Shown here in pieces: positions 35,335 to 44,050 of a stretch of 64,000 nucleotides of DNA. Where the stretch lies: contig JAZNVR010000015.1 of NCBI GenBank assembly GCA_045592905.1, positions 799 to 64,798 of the forward strand, in the 5' to 3' direction. The notes beneath the pieces are model-generated. The model worked only from the letters and a program-made list of their open reading frames with translations. It was not told where the DNA came from and ran no database searches. Position numbers and translations under genes: made by a program. How positions within the stretch are numbered: position 1 is the stretch's first letter; each line of letters starts with the position of its first letter. This stretch comes from Candidatus Enterousia sp. (GTDB taxonomy: Bacteria; Pseudomonadota; Alphaproteobacteria; Rs-D84).

Positions 35335-36360
35335 TTAGAATGTTATTCGCATACCAGCAGATAAAAATGGTGTTTCAGACGTAAAACCACCAGATATCCA
35401 CCCATCAACATTTTCACTGTATTTATATCTAAAAGATGCAACAACAGTATTATCAATATAATCATCAATATCATTTTGCCAAACACCAGTATCAGACAAC
35501 AAATATGTTAATGATACACTATATTTCAATACATCATAACTAACCCCAGTGCCAACAACAAAACCATCTGAAATCGGACCAATTGGATCTTGGTCATATA
35601 TAACACGACCAGACACACCTAAAATCCAACTGTTATATTGTAAATTCATACCCAATGACATTTGTGCACGCCAGTCCGCAGTAACCCCAGGCGTATAAAT
35701 TTCATTGTCAAAATTATTTGGCTTGCTAATAAAAGATGTACCAACAGAATATGCTGTTTTTATCTTGCCTGCAGAACGACGTATTTTTAGACCTGTATCA
35801 AATGCCCAATCATAATTATCTGTTAAACCAGATACAGACACACCATATTGCACACCACTTTCAGAATTAGATACCAAATTCACACGTAAAGAGTTACTGC
35901 GTCCAGATGTTAAAACCGTATCTGCAATCACTGGCCCATACGGAATAATTTTTTCATTATATAACGGCCTGTCATTTATACGCAAACCGCCAACATCCGG
36001 CAAGCCAAGTCCTAATTTTCTGGCGATTGAATCCGTAAAACCAATTTCAACCCGACCAAACGTTTTAGATTGCACAAATCCAAATACCTCACGCGAGGAA
36101 TAACCTTTTTCTAATGCGGATTTATCCAGTGCGTACACAAAACCAAACTTGGTATTTTCAAGCGATTCGTTCATTAACTGACCACGAATACGCCAATCAC
36201 CAATAGATAATGGTGTTTCTATATCAGGATTTATCATACCAAACGTACCATAACCAGTTAATCTTAACGAGTTGTTTCCGACACTGTATTCCAGTGCATC
36301 CGCAACCTGTGGCAGTCCAACCAACACAGACAACACCACAATCGTTTTTTTCCAAAACAT
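35335..36360 (-). CDS. Porin-like outer-membrane beta-barrel protein
   Basis: Signal peptide MFWKKTIVVLSVLVGLPQVADA, alternating strand pattern and C-terminal ...SAGMRITF. Its ATG directly abuts the rpoH stop. Confidence 0.6.
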   Translation of the reverse strand: MFWKKTIVVLSVLVGLPQVADALEYSVGNNSLRLTGYGTFGMINPDIETPLSIGDWRIRGQLMNESLENTKFGFVYALDKSALEKGYSSREVFGFVQSKTFGRVEIGFTDSIARKLGLGLPDVGGLRINDRPLYNEKIIPYGPVIADTVLTSGRSNSLRVNLVSNSESGVQYGVSVSGLTDNYDWAFDTGLKIRRSAGKIKTAYSVGTSFISKPNNFDNEIYTPGVTADWRAQMSLGMNLQYNSWILGVSGRVIYDQDPIGPISDGFVVGTGVSYDVLKYSVSLTYLLSDTGVWQNDIDDYIDNTVVASFRYKYSENVDGWISGGFTSETPFLSAGMRITF

Positions 36361-37275
36361 TTATTTATTTTCCCCACTTTCTTGTAAAATCGCATCACGT
36401 AATTTATTGTATGCACGTTCTTCTATCTGACGAACACGTTCACGTGATACACCATATTTTTGAGATAAAGATTCCAACGTTGCAACAGGCTGACGTAATT
36501 TTCTTGCAATTAAAATTTCACGATCACGTTCAGGCATTTTGGCTAAATGTTTTTTCAATAATTCATAGCCACGACGTCTAAATTCAATTTGTTCTAATGT
36601 TTCTTCAATCGTTTCACGACCATCTGTCATATTTGACAATATATCAGTCCCGCCATCTTCGGAATTTATCGGTGCATTTAACGACAAATCACGTGCACCA
36701 ACACGTGTTGCCATGCGTGCAACGTCTTTCTCTGGCACTTCTAGATAATTTGCAATCTGTTTTGTTTGCTCTTCTGATAAATTATTGTCCATTATCCCTA
36801 ATGCACGTTTAGCACGTGATAGATTAAAGAAAACACGTTTTTGATTTGCAGATGTTCCAATGCGTACAATTGACCAATTATTAAGAATTGTTTCATATAT
36901 CTCTGCCTTGATCCAGAACATCGCATACGTAGAAAACCGAAAACCTTTTTCAGGATCAAATTTTTGCAACGCCTGCATTAATCCCATATTCCCGCTAGCA
37001 ATCAAATCACCAACAGGTATACCATAGTTTTTATAATCATATGCCACAGACACAACCAGACGCAAATGGCTGGCCACTAATTTTTCTGCGGCCACTTGAT
37101 CTTGATTTTTTGCCCATTGTGTTGCGTACTCATATTCCTGCTCTGCCGTCAACACAGGAATTTTTTGAACAGTTTGTATATATTGTGCCAAGCCAGACTC
37201 GTCACTAACACCACGTGCAGCAACAATACTGTTATTTTTTGTAACTGGTAAAGCGTCCTTGATTTCCTTTGTCAT
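36361..37275 (-). CDS. rpoH: RNA polymerase sigma-32 (heat-shock sigma factor RpoH)
   Basis: FRFSTYAMFWIKAEI, the RpoH-box-like QKRVFFNLSRAKR, and the region 4 sequence VSRERVRQIEERA. The track ORF extends to 37311; MTKEIKDALP at 37275 is preferred. Confidence 0.9.
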   Translation of the reverse strand: MTKEIKDALPVTKNNSIVAARGVSDESGLAQYIQTVQKIPVLTAEQEYEYATQWAKNQDQVAAEKLVASHLRLVVSVAYDYKNYGIPVGDLIASGNMGLMQALQKFDPEKGFRFSTYAMFWIKAEIYETILNNWSIVRIGTSANQKRVFFNLSRAKRALGIMDNNLSEEQTKQIANYLEVPEKDVARMATRVGARDLSLNAPINSEDGGTDILSNMTDGRETIEETLEQIEFRRRGYELLKKHLAKMPERDREILIARKLRQPVATLESLSQKYGVSRERVRQIEERAYNKLRDAILQESGENK

Positions 37276-37284
37276 AACTTTTAT

Positions 37285-37293
37285 AGTATACCA
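37285..37293 (-). promoter_or_regulatory. Extended -10 box TGGTATACT upstream of rpoH
   Basis: The reverse complement of agtatacca is TGgTATACT. It lies 9 nt from ATG 37275. Confidence 0.35.
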
Positions 37294-37329
37294 TAAATAA
37301 TTAATTATCAAGCACAGGAGATTTTTATT

Positions 37330-37980
37330 ATGGCAACAATGTTAGAAAGAAACAAAAAAGTAAAAGCACCACAAAAAACACATGCAGAACATGCCGAAGA
37401 TGCCTTGTATCGTGAAGTATGGGAAGAAGTTAACAATGAAAAAACATTACAATTTGTAAAAAAATACTCACGCCATATTATGGCAGTTGCAATTACTGTC
37501 TTAATCATTGCAACAGGTTTTCAAATCGGTATTCGTACATATAACGCAAATAAAATCGCAACTGCCGTTGCGTACGAATCGGCCGTTGAAAACGTTGATG
37601 CAAACGCATTGGTTGCATTGGCAAATAATACATCTGGGGCAACCGCTGACCTGGCTTTATTTCAGGCATATTTAATCAACAAAGATATTGCACAGTTAGA
37701 CAAATTGGCATCTGATGGAAATACAAAAGATTTTCGTGATTTGGCAAAATTACATATTGTTGGAATTCGTGGCAATGATATGTCTGTACAAGATGTTGAA
37801 AAATATTTATCTGATTTAAACACAAAAAAATCACCGTTTTATTATACCGCAATGTTAACAATCGCACAAAAATATTTGGCTGATAATGATATTGATAATG
37901 CAAATAAATGGTTGGATAAGATTATAAATGACGCAGATGCACCAGCAACAATATCTGGAACCGCCCAATCATTACGTTAA
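37330..37980 (+). CDS. YfgM-like (DUF2659/TPR-like) membrane-anchored protein
   Basis: Cytoplasmic N-terminus, a single TM segment (IMAVAITVLIIATGF) and a helical periplasmic domain. It lies immediately upstream of a BamB-like gene, as in the conserved yfgM-bamB pair. SD is AGGAG. Confidence 0.5.
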   Translation: MATMLERNKKVKAPQKTHAEHAEDALYREVWEEVNNEKTLQFVKKYSRHIMAVAITVLIIATGFQIGIRTYNANKIATAVAYESAVENVDANALVALANNTSGATADLALFQAYLINKDIAQLDKLASDGNTKDFRDLAKLHIVGIRGNDMSVQDVEKYLSDLNTKKSPFYYTAMLTIAQKYLADNDIDNANKWLDKIINDADAPATISGTAQSLR

Positions 37981-37997
37981 CCAAATGGTGAATTAAC

Positions 37998-38726
37998 ATG
38001 CGTAAACTTTTTGCGATTTTACCTTGTATATTAATATTATGTGCATGTGATAAACATGACCCAATATTACCAGGGGTACGTACCGCTATATTTGACACAA
38101 CACAAATACAGGTAAAAAACCAAGACATTACCGATATACCCGATTCGGCAATCGTGTTAAATAACACAGAATGCAAATATCGCCAAGATTCTTCTAATGT
38201 TATATGGGATGGCGAAAAAAAGGTATTTAGTGGTTTTGCCACACCAAATGCGGTGGCCAGCAATCAACAACCAGTATGTAGCGGTAAATATTTATATGCA
38301 GGACTTACCACTGGCGAATTAATAAAAATCAACCCAACAACCAGACAAATTATATGGATTGCAGATATTTATCGTGCCAGCAATCTGACAGGTGGTGCAT
38401 CAATGGTTGATATTATCGCCCCTGTGGTTCCATATAAAAACGCTGTATTTGTTGGTGGTTTAGGTGATGCTTTTTGTAAAATCAATGCAAATTCAGGAAA
38501 TAAACATTGGTGCATAAACATCAGTGTTTCTGTGCCATTTATAATAACAGAAAATTATGCATTTGTTCTGGATACAAACAAACAACTGTATGCAGTTGCA
38601 TTAAATAATGGTGATGTTTTATGGCAATCAGAAACACAAACATTAACAGCACCAACATATGAAAAAGGCGTTATTGTTGTTGGAAAACAGCAAATAAATG
38701 CACAAAATGGAAAAATTATAAAATAA
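37998..38726 (+). CDS. BamB-like PQQ-repeat beta-propeller lipoprotein (short, 242 aa)
   Basis: Lipobox ILCAC. Repeats of the G.L.A.N...G...W type are present: LIKINPTTRQIIW, CKINANSGNKHW and YAVALNNGDVLW. Confidence 0.6.
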   Translation: MRKLFAILPCILILCACDKHDPILPGVRTAIFDTTQIQVKNQDITDIPDSAIVLNNTECKYRQDSSNVIWDGEKKVFSGFATPNAVASNQQPVCSGKYLYAGLTTGELIKINPTTRQIIWIADIYRASNLTGGASMVDIIAPVVPYKNAVFVGGLGDAFCKINANSGNKHWCINISVSVPFIITENYAFVLDTNKQLYAVALNNGDVLWQSETQTLTAPTYEKGVIVVGKQQINAQNGKIIK

Positions 38727-38779
38727 AACTGGACAAACGAAAAAATATATTATATTATTTGTCCGCTGTAACAGCAATC

Positions 38780-38856
38780 GGGTGTTTAGCTCAGTTGATT
38801 AGAGCATCTCGTTTACACCGAGAGGGTCGGGGGTTTGAGTCCCTCAACACCCACCA
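38780..38856 (+). tRNA. tRNA-Val (anticodon UAC), CCA encoded
   Basis: Hand-folded cloverleaf: acceptor GGGTGTT/AACACCC, D stem GCTC/GAGC, anticodon stem TCTCG/CGAGA with loop TTTACAC, variable loop GGGTC, T stem GGGGG/CCCTC, then ACCA. It is very similar to E. coli tRNA-Val. Confidence 0.93.
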
Positions 38857-38864
38857 CGAATTCG

Positions 38865-38886
38865 TCCGCCACATGGCGGATTTTTA
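38865..38886 (+). terminator. Rho-independent terminator after tRNA-Val
   Basis: TCCGCC-ACAT-GGCGGA is followed by TTTTTATT. Confidence 0.75.
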
Positions 38887-38908
38887 TTGGTAAAAAAGAA
38901 TCAAGAAT

Positions 38909-39139
38909 ATGAAAACAGAAACAAAGAAAGAAATAAAAGATACATTAAATACAATATTATTGTGCACTATTGCAATCGGTATCGTTGTACATTTACACAG
39001 TTTTTTTGGTAAAAAAACAGACAATGCAACACAAACTATAAAAACACAAAATAAAACATATAACGATTCTGTACGAACGGATTCTATTCCTTCACTCAGT
39101 TTTGTTCAAGAACAAATGCGTCAGCAAAAAACAAGATAA
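38909..39139 (+). CDS. Hypothetical small membrane protein (76 aa)
   Basis: ORF with one TM segment (ILLCTIAIGIVVHL) and a terminator downstream. The SD is weak. Confidence 0.35.
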   Translation: MKTETKKEIKDTLNTILLCTIAIGIVVHLHSFFGKKTDNATQTIKTQNKTYNDSVRTDSIPSLSFVQEQMRQQKTR

Positions 39140-39141
39140 AT

Positions 39142-39170
39142 AAAACCGCCCATCGGGCGTTTTTATTTTT
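39142..39170. terminator. Bidirectional terminator between convergent ORFs
   Basis: CGCCC-ATC-GGGCG is flanked by an A-run and a T-run. The stop of the minus-strand gene lies in the T-run. Confidence 0.7.
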
Positions 39171-40242
39171 GTGTTTTTTTATTTTCTAATGTTAAAAATA
39201 CCCCGGCTAAGACAGGCAGGTCAAGATAGTATGAACTTTGTTCAATAGGTTGCAGTCTGTACATTTCGTTGCCGATTGATTCTTTCCCACGATAGTTTAC
39301 AGAATTCCATTTCATAATTTGATTGCCAATCATCCCAAATTCTGGGTTTTGGTGGTCAATTCTGTGGTTGTCTTCGTGTGCCAATTGTTTCAGAAAAAGT
39401 GCAAGTGGTTGTGTCGCACCTGTGTAATCATCACGCAGATGGATTGTTCTTGTTTTTCTGTCATAAAAAACAGATTTATTTTTTGATGCGATAACATCGC
39501 CTGCGGTGCCATGTGTTGTCGCACTGGCATCCAGAATTAATTTCGCCAAATCTATGACTTCTTTTTTTGATAATTGTTCAAAATTTTGCACCATATCCAG
39601 TATTTGTTGGTTTGACAGAATTATATCTATGTATCTTTCCACACGTTCGCCAGTCACAAAGTTGGCGTTTCGCATCTCTATTATATCAGACATTTTTTTT
39701 ATATAATTTGAAACCAGATATGTTTTTGCAATAGGATTGAATATTGGAATTTTTGATATTTTTTCTTCAAATTCACGCTCTAACTTTGCAATCTCTGTAT
39801 CAAACGTAGAATAGTTTGCATAAGGTATATACGGCATTTTTAGCAACTTTTCATATGTTTCTGCAAAATCAGGATATTTTGATTTGTATTCGTCTTTGTT
39901 GCTTTTGTACATATCAACAGTTATTTCTTTTATCCCGTATTTTGTCATCAAAGCTATTAATTTATTTCGTACATGGAAATTATCATTTATTTCATCCCAT
40001 GTATGCCAATTTTTAACAGTCTTTTGCATTTGTTTGATATTGCCGTTAAACATTGATTTGAAATCCTGCCAGGTGTGATTTCTGTTGCCATATTTTTTAT
40101 AAGCATCAAAAAATACTTTATCGTCATCAGACATTTTATCGACATTCATAATAAGATTCAGTGTTGGTAATTGGTTAAATACAGAATGCCGTACTTTTTT
40201 TAAAACCTGTTGTGTTGCAATATCAAAGTCTTGTTTTTTCAT
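39163..40242 (-). CDS. Hypothetical protein (359 aa) with an HExxH motif (possible zinc metallopeptidase-like)
   Basis: Long ORF with SD AAAGAG and a TGTGATATAAT box upstream. It has no signal peptide. The only recognisable feature is LKQLAHEDNHRIDHQNPEFG. Confidence 0.55.
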   Translation of the reverse strand: MKKQDFDIATQQVLKKVRHSVFNQLPTLNLIMNVDKMSDDDKVFFDAYKKYGNRNHTWQDFKSMFNGNIKQMQKTVKNWHTWDEINDNFHVRNKLIALMTKYGIKEITVDMYKSNKDEYKSKYPDFAETYEKLLKMPYIPYANYSTFDTEIAKLEREFEEKISKIPIFNPIAKTYLVSNYIKKMSDIIEMRNANFVTGERVERYIDIILSNQQILDMVQNFEQLSKKEVIDLAKLILDASATTHGTAGDVIASKNKSVFYDRKTRTIHLRDDYTGATQPLALFLKQLAHEDNHRIDHQNPEFGMIGNQIMKWNSVNYRGKESIGNEMYRLQPIEQSSYYLDLPVLAGVFLTLENKKTQK

Positions 40243-40267
40243 ATTGTTAACTCTTTGTGTTGTACAA

Positions 40268-40276
40268 ATTATATCA
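40268..40276 (-). promoter_or_regulatory. Extended -10 box TGATATAAT for the HExxH ORF
   Basis: The reverse complement of attatatca is exactly TGATATAAT. A 25-nt leader precedes ATG 40242. Confidence 0.5.
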
Positions 40277-40365
40277 CAAACAATCAGTGTATGATTTTTT
40301 ATTTTTGTAATTTTGAAAAATATATTTTAAAATGCACTTATCACAAAAAAACAAAAGGGGAAAAA

Positions 40366-41004
40366 ATGAAAAAGTTAGTATCATTGGGTGCAATATTGGC
40401 ACTGGTGTCTGCATGTACAACGGTAAATCCGTATACTGGACAAACCCAAACTGCCAAGGCAACATGGGGAACAGCCATTGGTGCCGCAACCGGTGCATTG
40501 ATTGGCAGCACACGCAGCAGCGAAGGTGCATTGATTGGTGGACTGGCTGGTGCTGCAGTCGGTGGTGGCGTTGGATATTACTTGGATGCCCAGGCAGCAG
40601 AACTGCGTGCAGAATTGGTATCTACGGGTGTCCAAGTTGTTGAATCAGACGACAATATTCGTTTAATTATGCCAGGCAATATCACATTCAAAACAGATTC
40701 TGCAGATATTAATTCATCTTTTTATCCTGTATTAAATTCTGTGGCACGTGTTTTGAATAAATACAGTAATTCAACCGTATTGGTATCTGGACACACAGAT
40801 AACACAGGCAGTGCAGAATATAACTTGAACCTGTCAAAAATGCGTGCAGAATCAGTTGCCGCATATCTGCAAGGCCAAGGCGTTAAATCAAACCGATTTG
40901 AAGTTATTGGTATGGGATATTCCAACCCAATCGCCAGCAACGATACAGCCGCAGGGCGTGAAAAAAATAGACGCGTTGAAATAAAAATTATTCCAAATAA
41001 ATAA
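40366..41004 (+). CDS. OmpA-family lipoprotein with glycine-zipper region
   Basis: The track ORF starts at 40210, but MKKLVSLGAILALVSAC (lipobox) at 40366 is preceded by SD AAGGGG. It has the Gly-zipper GAATGALIGS...GGLAGAAVGGGVGYY and the OmpA domain SGHTDNTGSAEYNLNLSKMRAESVAAYL...NRRVEIKI. Confidence 0.8.
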   Translation: MKKLVSLGAILALVSACTTVNPYTGQTQTAKATWGTAIGAATGALIGSTRSSEGALIGGLAGAAVGGGVGYYLDAQAAELRAELVSTGVQVVESDDNIRLIMPGNITFKTDSADINSSFYPVLNSVARVLNKYSNSTVLVSGHTDNTGSAEYNLNLSKMRAESVAAYLQGQGVKSNRFEVIGMGYSNPIASNDTAAGREKNRRVEIKIIPNK

Positions 41005-41031
41005 GTATCCCCCGTTTGGGGGATTTTTTTA
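41005..41031 (+). terminator. Rho-independent terminator
   Basis: ATCCCCC-GTTT-GGGGGAT is followed by TTTTTTT. Confidence 0.8.
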
Positions 41032-41044
41032 ATGGTCAATGTTT

Positions 41045-41344
41045 TTATTGTGGCATTGGCATTCCAGCAGTTGCTTCGCCCATAACCTTATCAATCAAAA
41101 CATCTGCTTTTTCTTTGGCATCTTGGATTGCGGCCAAGACAGCCGCAGATACTGCGTCTGCACCAGATGATAAAACAGATGGATGAATTGTAACTTTTAA
41201 CACATCATATTTACCTGTCATGTCAATAATACATGCACCGTTCTGTGCAATCCCCTTTACATTGGTTTGTGCCAACTTTTCTTGGGCAGCAGCAACTTTG
41301 TTTTGTAATTCAGCCGCCTGGGCCATCAAGGATTCCATGTCCAT
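41045..41344 (-). CDS. ybaB: Nucleoid-associated protein YbaB/EbfC
   Basis: 99 aa. LMAQAAELQNKVAAAQEKLAQTNVKGIAQNGACIIDMTGKYDVLKVTIHPSVL...AAIQDA is the typical family pattern. Confidence 0.88.
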   Translation of the reverse strand: MDMESLMAQAAELQNKVAAAQEKLAQTNVKGIAQNGACIIDMTGKYDVLKVTIHPSVLSSGADAVSAAVLAAIQDAKEKADVLIDKVMGEATAGMPMPQ

Positions 41345-41345
41345 A

Positions 41346-41702
41346 TTATCTCTCCTTTATATGCAACATTTGTAACGCACGTTTTGGAATATTTAATGCA
41401 GATGCCCAAAACGGTTTCAATTCCAGTTTTGGCATGATATTATTGTTTGCATGTTTTACTGCATCGCTATATGACGAGAATTTTTTCGGGTCAGAAACCA
41501 TTGGTAAAATGCGTTTTGTCCCAGCAATACTTGTATCCAATCTGGTTATTGCAAAACTGTATTTGCCGGTATTTTTATCCTGTTCAATCACTGGAAAAAA
41601 GTTTTCTGTCACATATTTTTTTATACTTGAAATTTCATGGACAGGGTACTTAAAGTACTCTGCCCATTGTTTATCAGACCAATTTAATTGTTCTGGTGTC
41701 AT
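41346..41702 (-). CDS. Hypothetical protein (118 aa) between pnp and ybaB
   Basis: The ORF is tightly packed, starting 11 nt after the pnp stop and ending 1 nt before the ybaB start. I recognise no family. Confidence 0.5.
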   Translation of the reverse strand: MTPEQLNWSDKQWAEYFKYPVHEISSIKKYVTENFFPVIEQDKNTGKYSFAITRLDTSIAGTKRILPMVSDPKKFSSYSDAVKHANNNIMPKLELKPFWASALNIPKRALQMLHIKER

Positions 41703-41713
41703 TTACAAAATCC

Positions 41714-43876
41714 TTATTTCTTGATTTCTTCGCCTGTTTTTTGGTCAATTCCAACCATAGACATACGTGTTTTACCACGTTTATCAGCACCCAAGAAACG
41801 GACATAAACTGTATCGCCTTCTTTGATTTTTGTATCTTCAATTTTTGCGATACGTTCGCCTGTGATTTCAGAAATATGAACCATTGCTTCAAATCCATTC
41901 ATGATTTTTACAAACAGACCAAAATCTTTCATTCCAGACACTGTACCCTTATAGATTTGACCAACTTCTGGTTCTGCAACGATGTCTTTGATGCGTTGAA
42001 TTGCATTATCTGCATCTTCTTTGCTTACTGCCATAATTTTGACAGTACCATCATCTTCCAAATCAATAATTGTATTTGTTTCACGAACCAAAGCTTGGAT
42101 GACACTGCCACCTTTGCCAATTACTTCACGAACCTTGTCTGGATTAATTTTCATTGAATATGTTTGTGGTGCATATTCAGACAATTTTGCACGTGGCTTT
42201 TTAATTGCCTTTTCAATTTTGCCCAAGATATGCATACGACCATCTTTTGCCTGGGCCAATGCACGTTCCATGATTTCAAATGTGATAGATGTAATTTTAA
42301 TATCCATTTGTAATGCTGTTACACCTTGGTCTGTACCTGTTACCTTAAAGTCCATATCGCCCAAGTGGTCTTCGTCACCCAATATGTCTGTCAAGATTGC
42401 ATAATCATCACCTTCTTTAATCAGACCCATTGCAATACCGGCCACTGGACGTTTCATTGGAACACCACCGTCCATCATTGCCAATGTTGCACCGCATGTG
42501 GTTGCCATTGACGAAGAACCATTTGATTCCAAGATATCTGATACTATGCGAATTACATAATCAAATTCACTGCGACTTGGTACCATCGGATGAACGGCAC
42601 GCCATGCCAAGTTACCATGACCTATTTCACGACGACCTGGGGATTTCAGCCCCTTGCATTCACCAACAGAATAACCAGGGAAGTTATAGTTTAAGATAAA
42701 ATCACGTTCTTCGGAACCATCCAAAGATTCAATTGGTAATGCATCCTTGCCACCACCCAATGTCAAAGATACCAACGCCTGTGTTTCACCACGTGTAAAC
42801 AATGCAGAACCATGTGCACGTGGTAAAACACCCAATTCAATTTCAATTGGACGAACTGTTTTATTATCACGACCATCAATACGTGGTTTGCCAGCCAAAA
42901 TATTGCCACGCATAATACGTGCAGTCAAACTTTCAATAACTTCATCTGCCCATGATTCCAATGTAGATTGTGCACGAACAGAATCAGGGAACAATTCTGG
43001 AATACGTTCTTTTGCAGCAGCGTGAATTGATGCCAATGTTTCCAAACGTGTCAATTTTTCTTTGATTTGCAATGCAGATTCAATGTCACCAGCAAAACTT
43101 TCAAAGTTTTCTTCCATTGTGATTTGTTCCGCTGTTTTTTCAGGTGTTACCCAACGTTCTTTACCAGCCTTGTCTGCCAATTCATTAATTGCAGCAATAA
43201 CTGTTTGTTGTGCATCAAATCCGAATTTAACCGCACCCAATACAGTTGCTTCGTCTAATTCACCAATTTCAGATTCAACCATCAGAACACCATCTTTTGT
43301 TGCCGCAACCACCAAATCCATTTCGGATTCTTCAACATCACGTTTAGATGGATTCAAGACATATTTACCATCAGCATATCCAACACGTGCCGCACCAATT
43401 GGCCCCTGGAATGGAACACCAGATAACGCCAATGCCGCAGATGATGCAATCATTGCCAAAATATCAGGTTGATTCTTTTTGTCATAAGAAAATACCTGAG
43501 CAATAATCTGAACTTTGTTTTTGAATGTTTCTGGAAACAGTGGACGAATTGGACGATCAATCAAGCGTGCAATCAATGTTTCAGCAGTTGATGCCTTGCC
43601 TTCACGTCTGTCACGTGAACCAGGAATACGACCCGCAGATGCAAATTTTTCTTGATAATCAACGGTCAAAGGAAAGAAATCTTGCCCTTCAACAGCATCC
43701 TTTTCTGCACAAACAGTTGCTAAAACCATTGTGCCACCCATTGTTGCCAAAACAGAACCATTTGCTTGTTTTGCCATACGACCTGTTTCTAAACGCAGTG
43801 TTTCATCGCCATATTGAATTTCAACTGCAACAGGATTGTTTAATTTAGCATCTTTCTTAAATAAGCCAAATACCAT
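41714..43876 (-). CDS. pnp: Polyribonucleotide nucleotidyltransferase (PNPase)
   Basis: 720 aa with two RNase PH domains (GRMAKQANGSV, FPLTVDYQEK, GETQALV), then KH (IGKGGSVI) and S1 (GQIYKGTVSGMKDFGLFV) domains. Confidence 0.96.
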   Translation of the reverse strand: MVFGLFKKDAKLNNPVAVEIQYGDETLRLETGRMAKQANGSVLATMGGTMVLATVCAEKDAVEGQDFFPLTVDYQEKFASAGRIPGSRDRREGKASTAETLIARLIDRPIRPLFPETFKNKVQIIAQVFSYDKKNQPDILAMIASSAALALSGVPFQGPIGAARVGYADGKYVLNPSKRDVEESEMDLVVAATKDGVLMVESEIGELDEATVLGAVKFGFDAQQTVIAAINELADKAGKERWVTPEKTAEQITMEENFESFAGDIESALQIKEKLTRLETLASIHAAAKERIPELFPDSVRAQSTLESWADEVIESLTARIMRGNILAGKPRIDGRDNKTVRPIEIELGVLPRAHGSALFTRGETQALVSLTLGGGKDALPIESLDGSEERDFILNYNFPGYSVGECKGLKSPGRREIGHGNLAWRAVHPMVPSRSEFDYVIRIVSDILESNGSSSMATTCGATLAMMDGGVPMKRPVAGIAMGLIKEGDDYAILTDILGDEDHLGDMDFKVTGTDQGVTALQMDIKITSITFEIMERALAQAKDGRMHILGKIEKAIKKPRAKLSEYAPQTYSMKINPDKVREVIGKGGSVIQALVRETNTIIDLEDDGTVKIMAVSKEDADNAIQRIKDIVAEPEVGQIYKGTVSGMKDFGLFVKIMNGFEAMVHISEITGERIAKIEDTKIKEGDTVYVRFLGADKRGKTRMSMVGIDQKTGEEIKK

Positions 43877-44041
43877 TTATTTTCTCCATAGTTTTTTGTT
43901 TCGTCTTATGCGAAGAAAAATTATTCGTTTCTGCACCCTGGAACAGGTACACAAAAGAACAATTTCATCTTCGCCACGCAAATTATAAAACATATTTATA
44001 GCATTGCAAATAAAAACAGCCTAAAAAAACGACAATATTTG

Positions 44042-44050
44042 TGATATAAT
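44042..44050 (+). promoter_or_regulatory. Extended -10 box TGATATAAT for the ABC exporter gene
   Basis: Exact 9-mer. A 24-nt leader with SD AAAGGA precedes ATG 44075. Confidence 0.5.

Noticed and set aside
38857-40365. Integrated island bounded by a duplicated tRNA-Val 3' end (att repeat)
   Set aside because: I saw no direct repeat of the tRNA 3' segment (GGGTTTGAGTCCCTCAACACCCACCA) downstream, and no integrase. I report it only as an orphan-gene locus.
42781-42800. parS-like sequence TGTTTCACCACGTGTAAACA inside pnp
   Set aside because: It has four extra central bases relative to the 16-bp parS and is not a true palindrome. It lies within coding sequence, so it is probably a chance match.
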